Of a stretch of DNA of 58,601 bases, positions 50,483 to 58,601 are shown piece by piece (the first letter of the stretch is position 1; each line of letters starts with the position of its first letter). The translations under genes and the position numbers were made by a program. The notes beneath the pieces were generated by a model. It did not search any database and was not told the DNA's origin. It saw only the letters and a program-made list of their open reading frames with translations. This DNA is from Thermoplasmatota archaeon (GTDB lineage: Archaea; Thermoplasmatota; E2; DHVEG-1): assembly GCA_036626215.1 (NCBI GenBank), contig JAZKSG010000003.1, positions 1 to 58,601 of the forward strand, written 5' to 3'.

Positions 50483-52060
50483 ATGTCGTTTTACTCTGAA
50501 ATTGTAGATGAAATCCTTAAAAAAGAGATTAAATCTAAAGAGTCGATTCATAAAGCTAAAATACGTTTCTGTAAAAAACATGGCTGGGAGAATATCCCCC
50601 CAGATAGTAAGATTCTTGCCAACCTGCCCTCAGATCTTTCAGAGGAAGAGGTTTCTTTTTTGAAATCTGTTCTTCGTAAAAAACCTATGCGTACTGTTTC
50701 TGGTGTAGCAGTTATAGCTGTTATGACCTCTCCAGAAGAATGCCCTCATGGCCGATGTATACCATGTCCAGGTGGCCCAGAGATTTGTACTCCTCAGAGT
50801 TATACTGGTCATGAGCCTGCTGCTATGCGCGCTGAATATAATGATTTTGATCCCTTTCTTCAAACAAAGAATCGGTTAGGTCAGCTAAAAGCAATAGGTC
50901 ATCCTGTTGACAAAATAGATTTCATAATAATGGGTGGAACTTTTACCGCTAGACTTTTTTCTTACCAGAGTTGGTTTGTCAAACGTTGTTTAGATGCTCT
51001 AAATGGAGAAAAATCTAAGAGCCTCAGTGAGGCAAAAAAGATTAATGAAAATGCTTCTAATCGATGTATTGGTTTAACAGTTGAGACACGTCCGGATTGG
51101 TTTAGACTTCAACAAATAGATCAATCGTTGAAGCTTGGTGCTACAAGAGTTGAGTTAGGTGTACAAACCGTCGATGACTCTGTTTTGTATAACATTCAGC
51201 GTGGCCATACTGTTAAAGACTCTATTTTAGCTACTCGTAACAGTAAAAACGCGGGTTTAAAAGTATGTTATCATTGGATGCCCGGATTGCCCGGTGTAGA
51301 TCTAGAAAAAGATTTAGAAGATTTTAAAACTGTTTTTAACAACCCTGAGTTTAAACCCGATATGCTGAAGATTTATCCGACTTTGACTGTTGAAGGCACA
51401 GAGTTGTATAAGAGATGGCAGAAAGGTGAATATAAACCTTTAACCACCGAAAAAGCTATAGATCTTATAGCAGAAATTAAAACCTTTGTACCAGAATGGG
51501 TTCGTATTCAACGAATTCAGCGTGATATACCTGCTCAAAAAATAGATGCAGGTGTTGATAAAAGCAATCTTAGGCAGCTGGTTAGACGAAAAATGAGTGA
51601 AGAAGAGAAAAAATGCAATTGTATCCGCTGCCGGGAGATTGGACATCAAAAACAAAATTTTTATGTTAATGAAAGAGAACTAAAAATGGAAACAGTTTCT
51701 TATGAAGCAAGCGGCAGCCAGGAGATATTTATTCAGCTTGTAGATAACAAACGACGTCTATATGGTTTTTTAAGATTAAGAGATATTATCGATTCACATC
51801 GATTTGAACTCCAACAGAAACCTTGTATGGTTATACGGGAATTAAAAGTACTGGGGAGGGAACTTTCGATAGGTAAAAAACATAGTGATGCTGTGCAACA
51901 CAGAGGTTTTGGTAAAAAATTAATTAAAGAGGCAGAGAAGATTTGTAGAGAAATCTATGATAAAAAATATTTATTTGTTTTAAGTGGTGTAGGTGTTAAA
52001 GATTATTATCGTAAACGAGGTTTCAAAGATAAAGGAGTATATATGGTTAAAAAAATCTAA
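50483..52060 (+). CDS. elp3: Elp3 tRNA U34 carboxymethyltransferase (radical SAM + KAT)
   Basis: CPHGRCIPC, MGGTF, ETRPD, KIYPTL, QHRGFGK, GV..YYRK. Confidence 0.96.
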   Translation: MSFYSEIVDEILKKEIKSKESIHKAKIRFCKKHGWENIPPDSKILANLPSDLSEEEVSFLKSVLRKKPMRTVSGVAVIAVMTSPEECPHGRCIPCPGGPEICTPQSYTGHEPAAMRAEYNDFDPFLQTKNRLGQLKAIGHPVDKIDFIIMGGTFTARLFSYQSWFVKRCLDALNGEKSKSLSEAKKINENASNRCIGLTVETRPDWFRLQQIDQSLKLGATRVELGVQTVDDSVLYNIQRGHTVKDSILATRNSKNAGLKVCYHWMPGLPGVDLEKDLEDFKTVFNNPEFKPDMLKIYPTLTVEGTELYKRWQKGEYKPLTTEKAIDLIAEIKTFVPEWVRIQRIQRDIPAQKIDAGVDKSNLRQLVRRKMSEEEKKCNCIRCREIGHQKQNFYVNERELKMETVSYEASGSQEIFIQLVDNKRRLYGFLRLRDIIDSHRFELQQKPCMVIRELKVLGRELSIGKKHSDAVQHRGFGKKLIKEAEKICREIYDKKYLFVLSGVGVKDYYRKRGFKDKGVYMVKKI

Positions 52061-52157
52061 AAAAACGTTTTATTTTTGATAAAAGATTTTTTAAACTTGT
52101 CTATTATGCATTCATATCTCTGTAAATTGAATTAGTTTTGTTTTGAAGGTAAAACAT

Positions 52158-53036
52158 ATGAAAATTACGACAGAATGTGTTCCGTGTTTGTTGAAACGTA
52201 TAGTTTTTGAAGCAGAGCAAAGTACTAAGGATGAAGAAGTGAGAACAGATGCAATTCGTAAAGCCTGCCAAGCTCTGTCGGATTATTATCATCCAAATAA
52301 ATGTAGTGCTTCGGTAGCTACAAAGGTTCATGGTGTAGCTTATGAAGCCCTTGGAGATGAAGATCCTTATGCTGATCTAAAAAACAGGAGTAACAAAATA
52401 GCTAAAACTTTATTGCCTATGGTGAAGGAAAAAATTGCGGAATCAGATGACTCACTTAGGGAGAGTATGTTGTGTTCTATTGTTGGAAATTTGATGGATT
52501 TTGGTATAGCCGGAGCGAGTACTGATCCTGAAGATTTGGAGGAGGTTTTTGAGGAGATATATCAACAGGGTTTATGTTATGATGATTCATCAGAGGTAAA
52601 GAAGCTGTTAGAGGATTCTGACAATGTTTTACTGTTTGTCGATAACTGCGGAGAGGTTGTTTTTGATAAACTCCTCTGTGAGGAAATCAAAAAGTTTAAC
52701 CCTGATGTTTTTTTGACTGTGGTGGTAAAAGGTACACCTGTTCTGAGTGATGCAACTTTTGAAGATGCTGAAGATATTGGTCTGACAGATGTAGCAGATG
52801 AGACCCTTACTACTGGTTGTTTTGCAGTAGGTGTAGATTTTGAAGGAACACCTAAGGTTTTACAACGAAGGCTTGATGAAAGCGATTTAATCATTTGTAA
52901 AGGTATGGCTAACTATGAAGCGTTTTCAGAGAGCGATTATAAACCTATAGTTTATCTGCTACGGACTAAATGTAACCCTATAGCAAGTTCCATGGATCTT
53001 CCTCAAGATATTAATGCGATAAAAATGTACAAATAA
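52158..53036 (+). CDS. DUF89/ARMT1-like damage-control phosphatase
   Basis: CVPC, GN.MDFG, DNCGE, KGMANYE. Confidence 0.92.
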   Translation: MKITTECVPCLLKRIVFEAEQSTKDEEVRTDAIRKACQALSDYYHPNKCSASVATKVHGVAYEALGDEDPYADLKNRSNKIAKTLLPMVKEKIAESDDSLRESMLCSIVGNLMDFGIAGASTDPEDLEEVFEEIYQQGLCYDDSSEVKKLLEDSDNVLLFVDNCGEVVFDKLLCEEIKKFNPDVFLTVVVKGTPVLSDATFEDAEDIGLTDVADETLTTGCFAVGVDFEGTPKVLQRRLDESDLIICKGMANYEAFSESDYKPIVYLLRTKCNPIASSMDLPQDINAIKMYK

Positions 53037-53726
53037 TCATCTGCCTTGGTAAAGACGGTTTCCTATCTTTTCCGGTAAACTAGTTCTTTTTACTGATTCA
53101 ACTGCAGCATCAATTTCGTAAGGGACTCTATACCATTCGGCTTTAAGACTATCTGTGTTTAAAACCATAAAAGAAGAATTGGGGTTTCCATCTCTGGGTT
53201 GACCTACTGAGCCAGGGTTTAAAAATAATGTATCGTCTACCTGTTTCTTCATAGGTACATGTGTATGCCCAAAGATCATTATATCACATTTTTTTATAGT
53301 AGAAAAATTTTTTAAAGTTTCATCTGAAATCCATGGATGAACATATTCCATTAGATGATTGCGGGGGCTACCATGAGTCATATAAAACTTTTTGCCATCT
53401 TTTTCAAAGAAAAGTTCTTCTGGAAGATTCTTTAAGAAAGATAAATCATCATCTGTAATTTTTTTTCTGTTGAATTTCACCCCAGCTACACCCATAGGGT
53501 TGAAACCTTTAGGGTTGTTCTCTGCTACAGCATAATCGTGGTTTCCTTTTACGGAAACTATATCATATTTTTTAACTTGTTTTATACATTCCTTAGGATA
53601 GGTGCTGTAACCAACGATGTCTCCACAGCAAAATATTTTTTCTATGTCTATTTGTTCAATTTTTTCTATAACTTTTTTGAAAGCATATATGTTTGAATGG
53701 ATATCAGATATAAACGCCAGTTTCAT
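53037..53726 (-). CDS. Calcineurin-like metallophosphoesterase
   Basis: SDIHSN, GDIVG, GNHD, HGSP, GHTH, NPGSVGQPRDG. Confidence 0.93.
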   Translation of the reverse strand: MKLAFISDIHSNIYAFKKVIEKIEQIDIEKIFCCGDIVGYSTYPKECIKQVKKYDIVSVKGNHDYAVAENNPKGFNPMGVAGVKFNRKKITDDDLSFLKNLPEELFFEKDGKKFYMTHGSPRNHLMEYVHPWISDETLKNFSTIKKCDIMIFGHTHVPMKKQVDDTLFLNPGSVGQPRDGNPNSSFMVLNTDSLKAEWYRVPYEIDAAVESVKRTSLPEKIGNRLYQGR

Positions 53727-53801
53727 ATATATCCAAAATCTATGGTAAATAAAACTTTAGAAATCATTTAAAAATATTTGCCAAAAAAGTGGGGAATAAA
53801 G

Positions 53802-54233
53802 TCAAAAAAAATCTATGATCCATTGTTTTATTTTATCTCTGGTTTTTCTAAAAACTTTTAGGATATGTTCAACGTCGCCTTCAACGGTAGCTGGATCTTC
53901 AAAACTTTTATGTACAATTTTTTCACCAGGGGAAAAGGGACAGTTTTCCTTTGCTTTATTACATACAGTTACCACACAATCAAAATTTTTTTCTTTGAAT
54001 TTTTCAATGCTTTTAGAATAGTGATTTGTCATATCTATTCCAATCTCTTTCATAAATTCTATAGCATAATGATTGATGCTTGTTGGTTCAACTCCTGCAC
54101 TAAACGCGTTATATCTGTCGCTATAAATGTGGTTTAAAAGGGCTTCTGCCATCTGACTGCGGCAACTGTTATTGTTGCATAAGAATAAAATGCTTTGTTT
54201 TTGAGAGTTATTATTCTTTTTTTGGTTTTCCAT
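53802..54233 (-). CDS. arsC: Thioredoxin-type arsenate reductase (LMW-PTP fold)
   Basis: P-loop CNNNSCRSQMAE; resolving Cys pair VTVC..ENCP; FEDP. Confidence 0.88.
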   Translation of the reverse strand: MENQKKNNNSQKQSILFLCNNNSCRSQMAEALLNHIYSDRYNAFSAGVEPTSINHYAIEFMKEIGIDMTNHYSKSIEKFKEKNFDCVVTVCNKAKENCPFSPGEKIVHKSFEDPATVEGDVEHILKVFRKTRDKIKQWIIDFF

Positions 54234-54930
54234 GTTCGTTTACACCTGAAAAACAGGCTTTAGAGGTTTCTTCTCGGCAATCAATCTCTACTCGTTCACC
54301 AGTTACCATAAAAACAATTTTCTCAGCCATTTTACAGGCATGATCTCCACATCTCTCCAAGTAACGGGCTATAATGATGTATTGGGTACATCGTCGTATT
54401 GTCTTTGGATCCTCCATCATATAGCTGAGACATTCTCGGAAGATAGAGTAACGCAATTCGTCTACATCGCTTTCACGGTCAACGAAATCATCAAAAACTG
54501 AGATATCATCTGTTTCAAAGGCTTTCAAAGCATCTGAAATCATGCTTTCTACAATATTAGCCATGTGAGGTATGCTTACCAGTCTTTTTACATGGGGTTT
54601 ATCGGCTAGTTCATCTATAACTATTTTAGAGATATCTTTACCATATCGTCCTATGCGGGTTAGATATGTAATCATTTTTAGGATACAAGCTATCTCTCTC
54701 ATATCTCTGGCCATAGGTTGATATAAAGCAATTAAACGAAAAGCTTTTTTTTCGATTTCATAATCCATATCGGCGATCTCATATCTCTGATTATATACTT
54801 CTTCAGCTATTTTTTCATCTTGTTCTTCTAATGCTTTAACTGATTCATTAAGCATTTTTTTGGCGAGACGTCCCATCCTGCCGACGTCTTCCTTAACTTC
54901 TTTTAATTCTATATGGAATTTTTCTACCAT
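54211..54930 (-). CDS. phoU: Phosphate signalling protein PhoU
   Basis: YQPMARDMR, RIGRY..DI, LERCGDHA; operon position. Confidence 0.94.
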   Translation of the reverse strand: MVEKFHIELKEVKEDVGRMGRLAKKMLNESVKALEEQDEKIAEEVYNQRYEIADMDYEIEKKAFRLIALYQPMARDMREIACILKMITYLTRIGRYGKDISKIVIDELADKPHVKRLVSIPHMANIVESMISDALKAFETDDISVFDDFVDRESDVDELRYSIFRECLSYMMEDPKTIRRCTQYIIIARYLERCGDHACKMAEKIVFMVTGERVEIDCREETSKACFSGVNEHGKPKKE

Positions 54931-54970
54931 CTATCATTTTTCACCTCTTAAAGAATTATTAAAACTTTTT

Positions 54971-55732
54971 TTATCCAAAGCGACCAGTGATATACTTCTC
55001 TGTTAATTCCTCCTGTGGATTTTCAAAAATCTGGTTGGTCTCTCCAAACTCAATTAGTTCACCTATATACATATATGCTGTGTAATCACTTACTCGTGCT
55101 GCCTGTTGCATATTATGGGTAACAATTACAACGGTGTATTCTTTGATTAGTTCTCTTATTAAGTCCTCTATTTTAGCTGTGGCAATGGGGTCTAGAGCTG
55201 AACATGGTTCATCCATAAGTATTACTTCGGGTTCGATAGCTAAGGCACGTGCTATGCATAGACGTTGCTGTTGTCCTCCGGATAGCCCCATGGCAGAGCT
55301 GTCTAGCCTATCGGAGACTTCTTCCCATAGTGCTGCACCGCGTAGACTTTTTTCTACTATTTTATCTAATTTGTTTTTGTTTTTTATACCTGCAAGTCGG
55401 CATCCATAAGCGATGTTGTCATAGATGCTCTTTGGAAAAGGATTGGGTTTCTGGAAAACCATTCCAACTTTTTTTCTAACTTCAACTACATCTGTGTCTT
55501 TTCCATATATGTTTTTGTTATCAAGAAATACTTCCCCTTTGATTTCACAGGCAGGTATAATGTCATTCATCCTGTTTAAACATCGTATTAAAGTGGATTT
55601 TCCGCATCCTGAAGGTCCAATAATCGCGGTTACTTTTTTATCTAATATGGGCATAGAGATGTTTTTCAAAGTTTTATCGTCTCCATACCAGAGATCCAGG
55701 TTTTTGACTTCCATTTTTTTATTGTTTTTCAA
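54971..55732 (-). CDS. pstB: Phosphate ABC transporter ATP-binding protein
   Basis: [36 protein letters not shown]. Confidence 0.98.
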   Translation of the reverse strand: MKNNKKMEVKNLDLWYGDDKTLKNISMPILDKKVTAIIGPSGCGKSTLIRCLNRMNDIIPACEIKGEVFLDNKNIYGKDTDVVEVRKKVGMVFQKPNPFPKSIYDNIAYGCRLAGIKNKNKLDKIVEKSLRGAALWEEVSDRLDSSAMGLSGGQQQRLCIARALAIEPEVILMDEPCSALDPIATAKIEDLIRELIKEYTVVIVTHNMQQAARVSDYTAYMYIGELIEFGETNQIFENPQEELTEKYITGRFG

Positions 55733-55756
55733 CTTTTAATCCTCCTCTCTGATAGC

Positions 55757-57040
55757 TTAGAACTCTATTCTATATTTTTCTCTTACAATTATTCCTATTG
55801 CGTTTATACCTAAAACAATTGATAGTAATAACAATGCTGTAGACCACGCGTTTTGTTCTACGGGATAGTTTCCGATGTAGCTTATCAAGGTGTAGAGATG
55901 CACTGATAGAGCCTGTATAGGCTGTAAAGGGGTTTGTGGTATACCTGCTCCAAGGAAAAATGTAGCAGTGAAAATAAGTGGAGCGGTTTCACCAGCAGCT
56001 CTACCTAGTCCTAAAACGCTTCCTGTGATTATACCTGGGAGAGCGGGAGGTAACACCGCTGTTTTGATACTTTCCCATTTGGTAGCTCCTAATGCATATG
56101 AACCTTCCCTTATTTCTTCAGGTACACTACGTAATGCTTCTTCAGAAGCACGAATAACGATAGGGAGGGTTAGAAAACCCATAATTAGACATCCTGTTAA
56201 CAGAGAAACACCAAATAAAGGTACAAATATAGCCAGTCCAAACAAACCATGAACAATAGAAGGGGTGCCCTGCAGGATGTCTACGCAGATGTTAATTACT
56301 CGTGTAATAGGACCTTTTTTTGCATATTCCTGAAGGTAGATAGCGCATCCTACTCCCAAAGGAAGAGAAACTAAGGTTGTACCGATTATAATCAATATTG
56401 TGCCAACTAAAGCAGGATATATGCCTCCTTCAGCTCCGTGTCTACTTAGATCTTCTGTTAAAAACTCCCAGCTGATGCCACTAATTCCATTTGAAAAAAT
56501 AGTGCCAACAATAATTACCAAGGGATACAAAATAAGTAAAATCGCTGCTACCAGGATATAATATGCTGAATATTCTTTTGATTTACTACTGAAATCAAAA
56601 AGAGGCTTCATAGACAAAGAACCACCAGCCACACCAACTACTATGAAAATCAGGGAAGTCAACATAAATTTCAAAATAGATGCATCAACATCATATGTTC
56701 TTAAACCAAAATGAGGAGGCATCTGAGGTAAAAAATACGAAAGTAGAAACACTATAACTGTAAAGCCAATTATTCCTAAAAGATTCTTAGATTGATTCAA
56801 TTTTACATATGAGTAAAATATGAGTAAAGAAAAAATCAAACCTAAAGCTGCTAAAGTAGTTCTAATCCATAGGTCACCTATGTAAAAACCAGTTGCAGTT
56901 GAGAAAAAGCCTACTGCTGCTAATGTTGAAGAAAAAATAATAGAGATGTAACAAATAATTTTTTTAAAACTCAGATTTTCTAAACTTATAACAGGTTTAA
57001 TGTTTTTAAGGAGATTAAAAAATTTTGCTTTAAAAACCAT
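55757..57040 (-). CDS. pstA: Phosphate ABC transporter permease PstA with N-terminal membrane extension
   Basis: GGIYPAL.GT, PSIVHGLFG, EGSYALGATKW, RAAGETAPL. Confidence 0.93.
   Translation of the reverse strand: MVFKAKFFNLLKNIKPVISLENLSFKKIICYISIIFSSTLAAVGFFSTATGFYIGDLWIRTTLAALGLIFSLLIFYSYVKLNQSKNLLGIIGFTVIVFLLSYFLPQMPPHFGLRTYDVDASILKFMLTSLIFIVVGVAGGSLSMKPLFDFSSKSKEYSAYYILVAAILLILYPLVIIVGTIFSNGISGISWEFLTEDLSRHGAEGGIYPALVGTILIIIGTTLVSLPLGVGCAIYLQEYAKKGPITRVINICVDILQGTPSIVHGLFGLAIFVPLFGVSLLTGCLIMGFLTLPIVIRASEEALRSVPEEIREGSYALGATKWESIKTAVLPPALPGIITGSVLGLGRAAGETAPLIFTATFFLGAGIPQTPLQPIQALSVHLYTLISYIGNYPVEQNAWSTALLLLSIVLGINAIGIIVREKYRIEF
56071..56095. repeat. 25-nt exact repeat shared by pstA and pstC (second copy at 57376-57400)
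   Basis: tttcccatttggtagctcctaatgc at both positions. Confidence 0.9.
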
Positions 57041-57046
57041 ATTTAT

Positions 57047-57943
57047 CTATTTACCTCCTTTGAATTTCTTTTCAATCCTGTTTTTAAGAATGTTAGATGT
57101 AATGCTGAGAGCGGCTACGATTACGAATAGAATAACAGCTGCAGAAAAAAGAGCGTTCGTTTGAAGACCATATGCCTCTCCCATCTCGTTGACAATTAGA
57201 GCAGTTAGAGTAGTTCCAGTAGTTTCAAAAAAATCCCAGAAAGGAGAAGGGATTTTAGGGTTATTCGCCAGTACTAATGAGACGGCTATAGTTTCTCCTA
57301 TGGCACGCCCCATACCTAAAACTATTGCGGCAGAGATACCTGAGATAGCTGATGGCAAGGTGATTTTTTTTATGGTTTCCCATTTGGTAGCTCCTAATGC
57401 CAATGATGCTTCTTTGAAATTTTTAGGTACAGATTTAATTGCGTCATCAGACATACTAATTATTATTGGTAAAGCCATCACTCCAAGTATTAACGAGCCT
57501 GCGAGGATTGAATAACCTGATAGCATGTCGAAATTAGGTTGAAGATAGGGGACCAAAATAACTACGCCTATAAAACCGTATATAACTGAGGGTATACCTG
57601 CGAGTATTTCGATTACTGGTTTTAGTATGACTCTTAGTTTGTTTGGAGCAATTTCTGATAAAAAAATAGCTCCGAGTAATCCAAAAGGGATAGCTATTAG
57701 CATTGCTCCAATAGTTACAAGGATAGTTCCAAAGATGGCTCCACCTATACCATATTCGCCCTGTGTAGGGCTCCATTTTGTACTGAATATATCTAATCCT
57801 AACTGTTGAAAGGCGGGTAAGGCTTTCTGAAATAGAAAAAAGAAAATAAAAAGGATGATAAATATGGAGGTTGCTGCTATAATTAGAAAAATATTTTTTA
57901 TAATTTTTTCTTTAATATGTCTTGGCAGCATTGTATCCTCCAA
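57047..57943 (-). CDS. pstC: Phosphate ABC transporter permease PstC
   Basis: LAGIPSVIYG, EASLALGATKWE, RAIGET. Confidence 0.96.
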   Translation of the reverse strand: MEDTMLPRHIKEKIIKNIFLIIAATSIFIILFIFFFLFQKALPAFQQLGLDIFSTKWSPTQGEYGIGGAIFGTILVTIGAMLIAIPFGLLGAIFLSEIAPNKLRVILKPVIEILAGIPSVIYGFIGVVILVPYLQPNFDMLSGYSILAGSLILGVMALPIIISMSDDAIKSVPKNFKEASLALGATKWETIKKITLPSAISGISAAIVLGMGRAIGETIAVSLVLANNPKIPSPFWDFFETTGTTLTALIVNEMGEAYGLQTNALFSAAVILFVIVAALSITSNILKNRIEKKFKGGK

Positions 57944-57983
57944 AGGTAGAATTCTGGCAATTTGAACAGTTTTCTATAAGATT

Positions 57984-58601
57984 TTAGCTTATAGAGATAA
58001 AATCTTCTTGTTCAACGATTTGTTGTCCTTCTTCACTTAGAACAAAGTCTATGAATTCTTTTACTGCTCCTTTTGGTTCTCCTTTTGTATACATATGAAG
58101 TGATCTTGAAATCGGGTAATCTTCAGATTTGATGTTTTCAGATGTAGGTTCTACACCGTTTATTGCCACAGCAGGAGTTGAAGAATCAGCATATCCAAAT
58201 CCTACATATCCTATGGCTTTATCGCTACCTTTTACGGCTTGTTTTACTGCAGAATTTGAAGAACTTGATTTGTCTGCCTTGGTTTCTTCTAAATCAACGA
58301 ATTCCATAAAAGTGTCACGGGTTCCGGATCCCTCTTCTCTTTCATTTATAAAAATTTCTTTATTTGGCCCCCCTACTTTATTCCAATTAGATATTGTACC
58401 ATTGTAGATCTCTTTTATTTGTTCAAGTGTAAGATCGGTTACGCCACTGTTATATATATCTTTGCTAACTATCACTGCTACTCCATCTAAAGCTACCTTA
58501 TGATCAACAAAGTTTACATTAGAATACTGTTGTTTTTCTGAAGGTTTTACTTCTCTAGATGCATCACCAATATCTGCTTCGCCGTTAGCAACTGATTTTA
58601 T
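57984..58601 (-). CDS. pstS: Phosphate ABC transporter substrate-binding protein (partial, N-terminus outside window)
   Basis: Open to the window edge: ADIGDASR, VALDGVAVIV, REEGSGTRDTF, YPISRSL. Confidence 0.94.
   Translation of the reverse strand: MKSVANGEADIGDASREVKPSEKQQYSNVNFVDHKVALDGVAVIVSKDIYNSGVTDLTLEQIKEIYNGTISNWNKVGGPNKEIFINEREEGSGTRDTFMEFVDLEETKADKSSSSNSAVKQAVKGSDKAIGYVGFGYADSSTPAVAINGVEPTSENIKSEDYPISRSLHMYTKGEPKGAVKEFIDFVLSEEGQQIVEQEDFISIS

Overview
AT-rich archaeal chromosomal segment made mostly of core genes. It is most likely Thermoplasmatota, possibly an MBG-D/Thermoprofundales-like lineage (inference from gene set and protein style, not a database result). Left end (1-10 kb): two tandem stand-alone receiver domains, a Sec11-like membrane protein, a nitroreductase, an operon of three class-III-signal (pilin-like) proteins plus a sarcinarray-like surface protein, and a KaiC-like ATPase. 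10.4-22.7 kb: the S10/spc ribosomal protein operon (L3 to L30, with aIF1 and Rpp29), preceded by a highly structured ~200-nt leader and ending without L15/secY. Then rpoK-rps2, TraB and an M50 protease, three paralogous Ig-like surface proteins, and many housekeeping genes (cdpB-like, mfnA, hpt, MEMO1, dys, map, tsaC, mbf1, alaS, secG, gfcR-like, class I lysS, mtaB, bacterial-type gap, pgk, tRNA-Ala(CGC), ABC-2 exporter, elp3, DUF89). The right end holds a pstSCAB-phoU-arsC operon. Most notable: (1) a candidate ribosomal-leader RNA that sequesters the rpl3 SD; (2) ribosomal proteins carrying HhH domains and charged tails, including a 99-nt segment 95/99 identical between the unrelated genes rps3 and rpl24; (3) two further short identical patches between neighbouring paralogs; (4) a pilin-like/KaiC surface module. 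No CRISPR, transposase, integrase or rRNA was seen.
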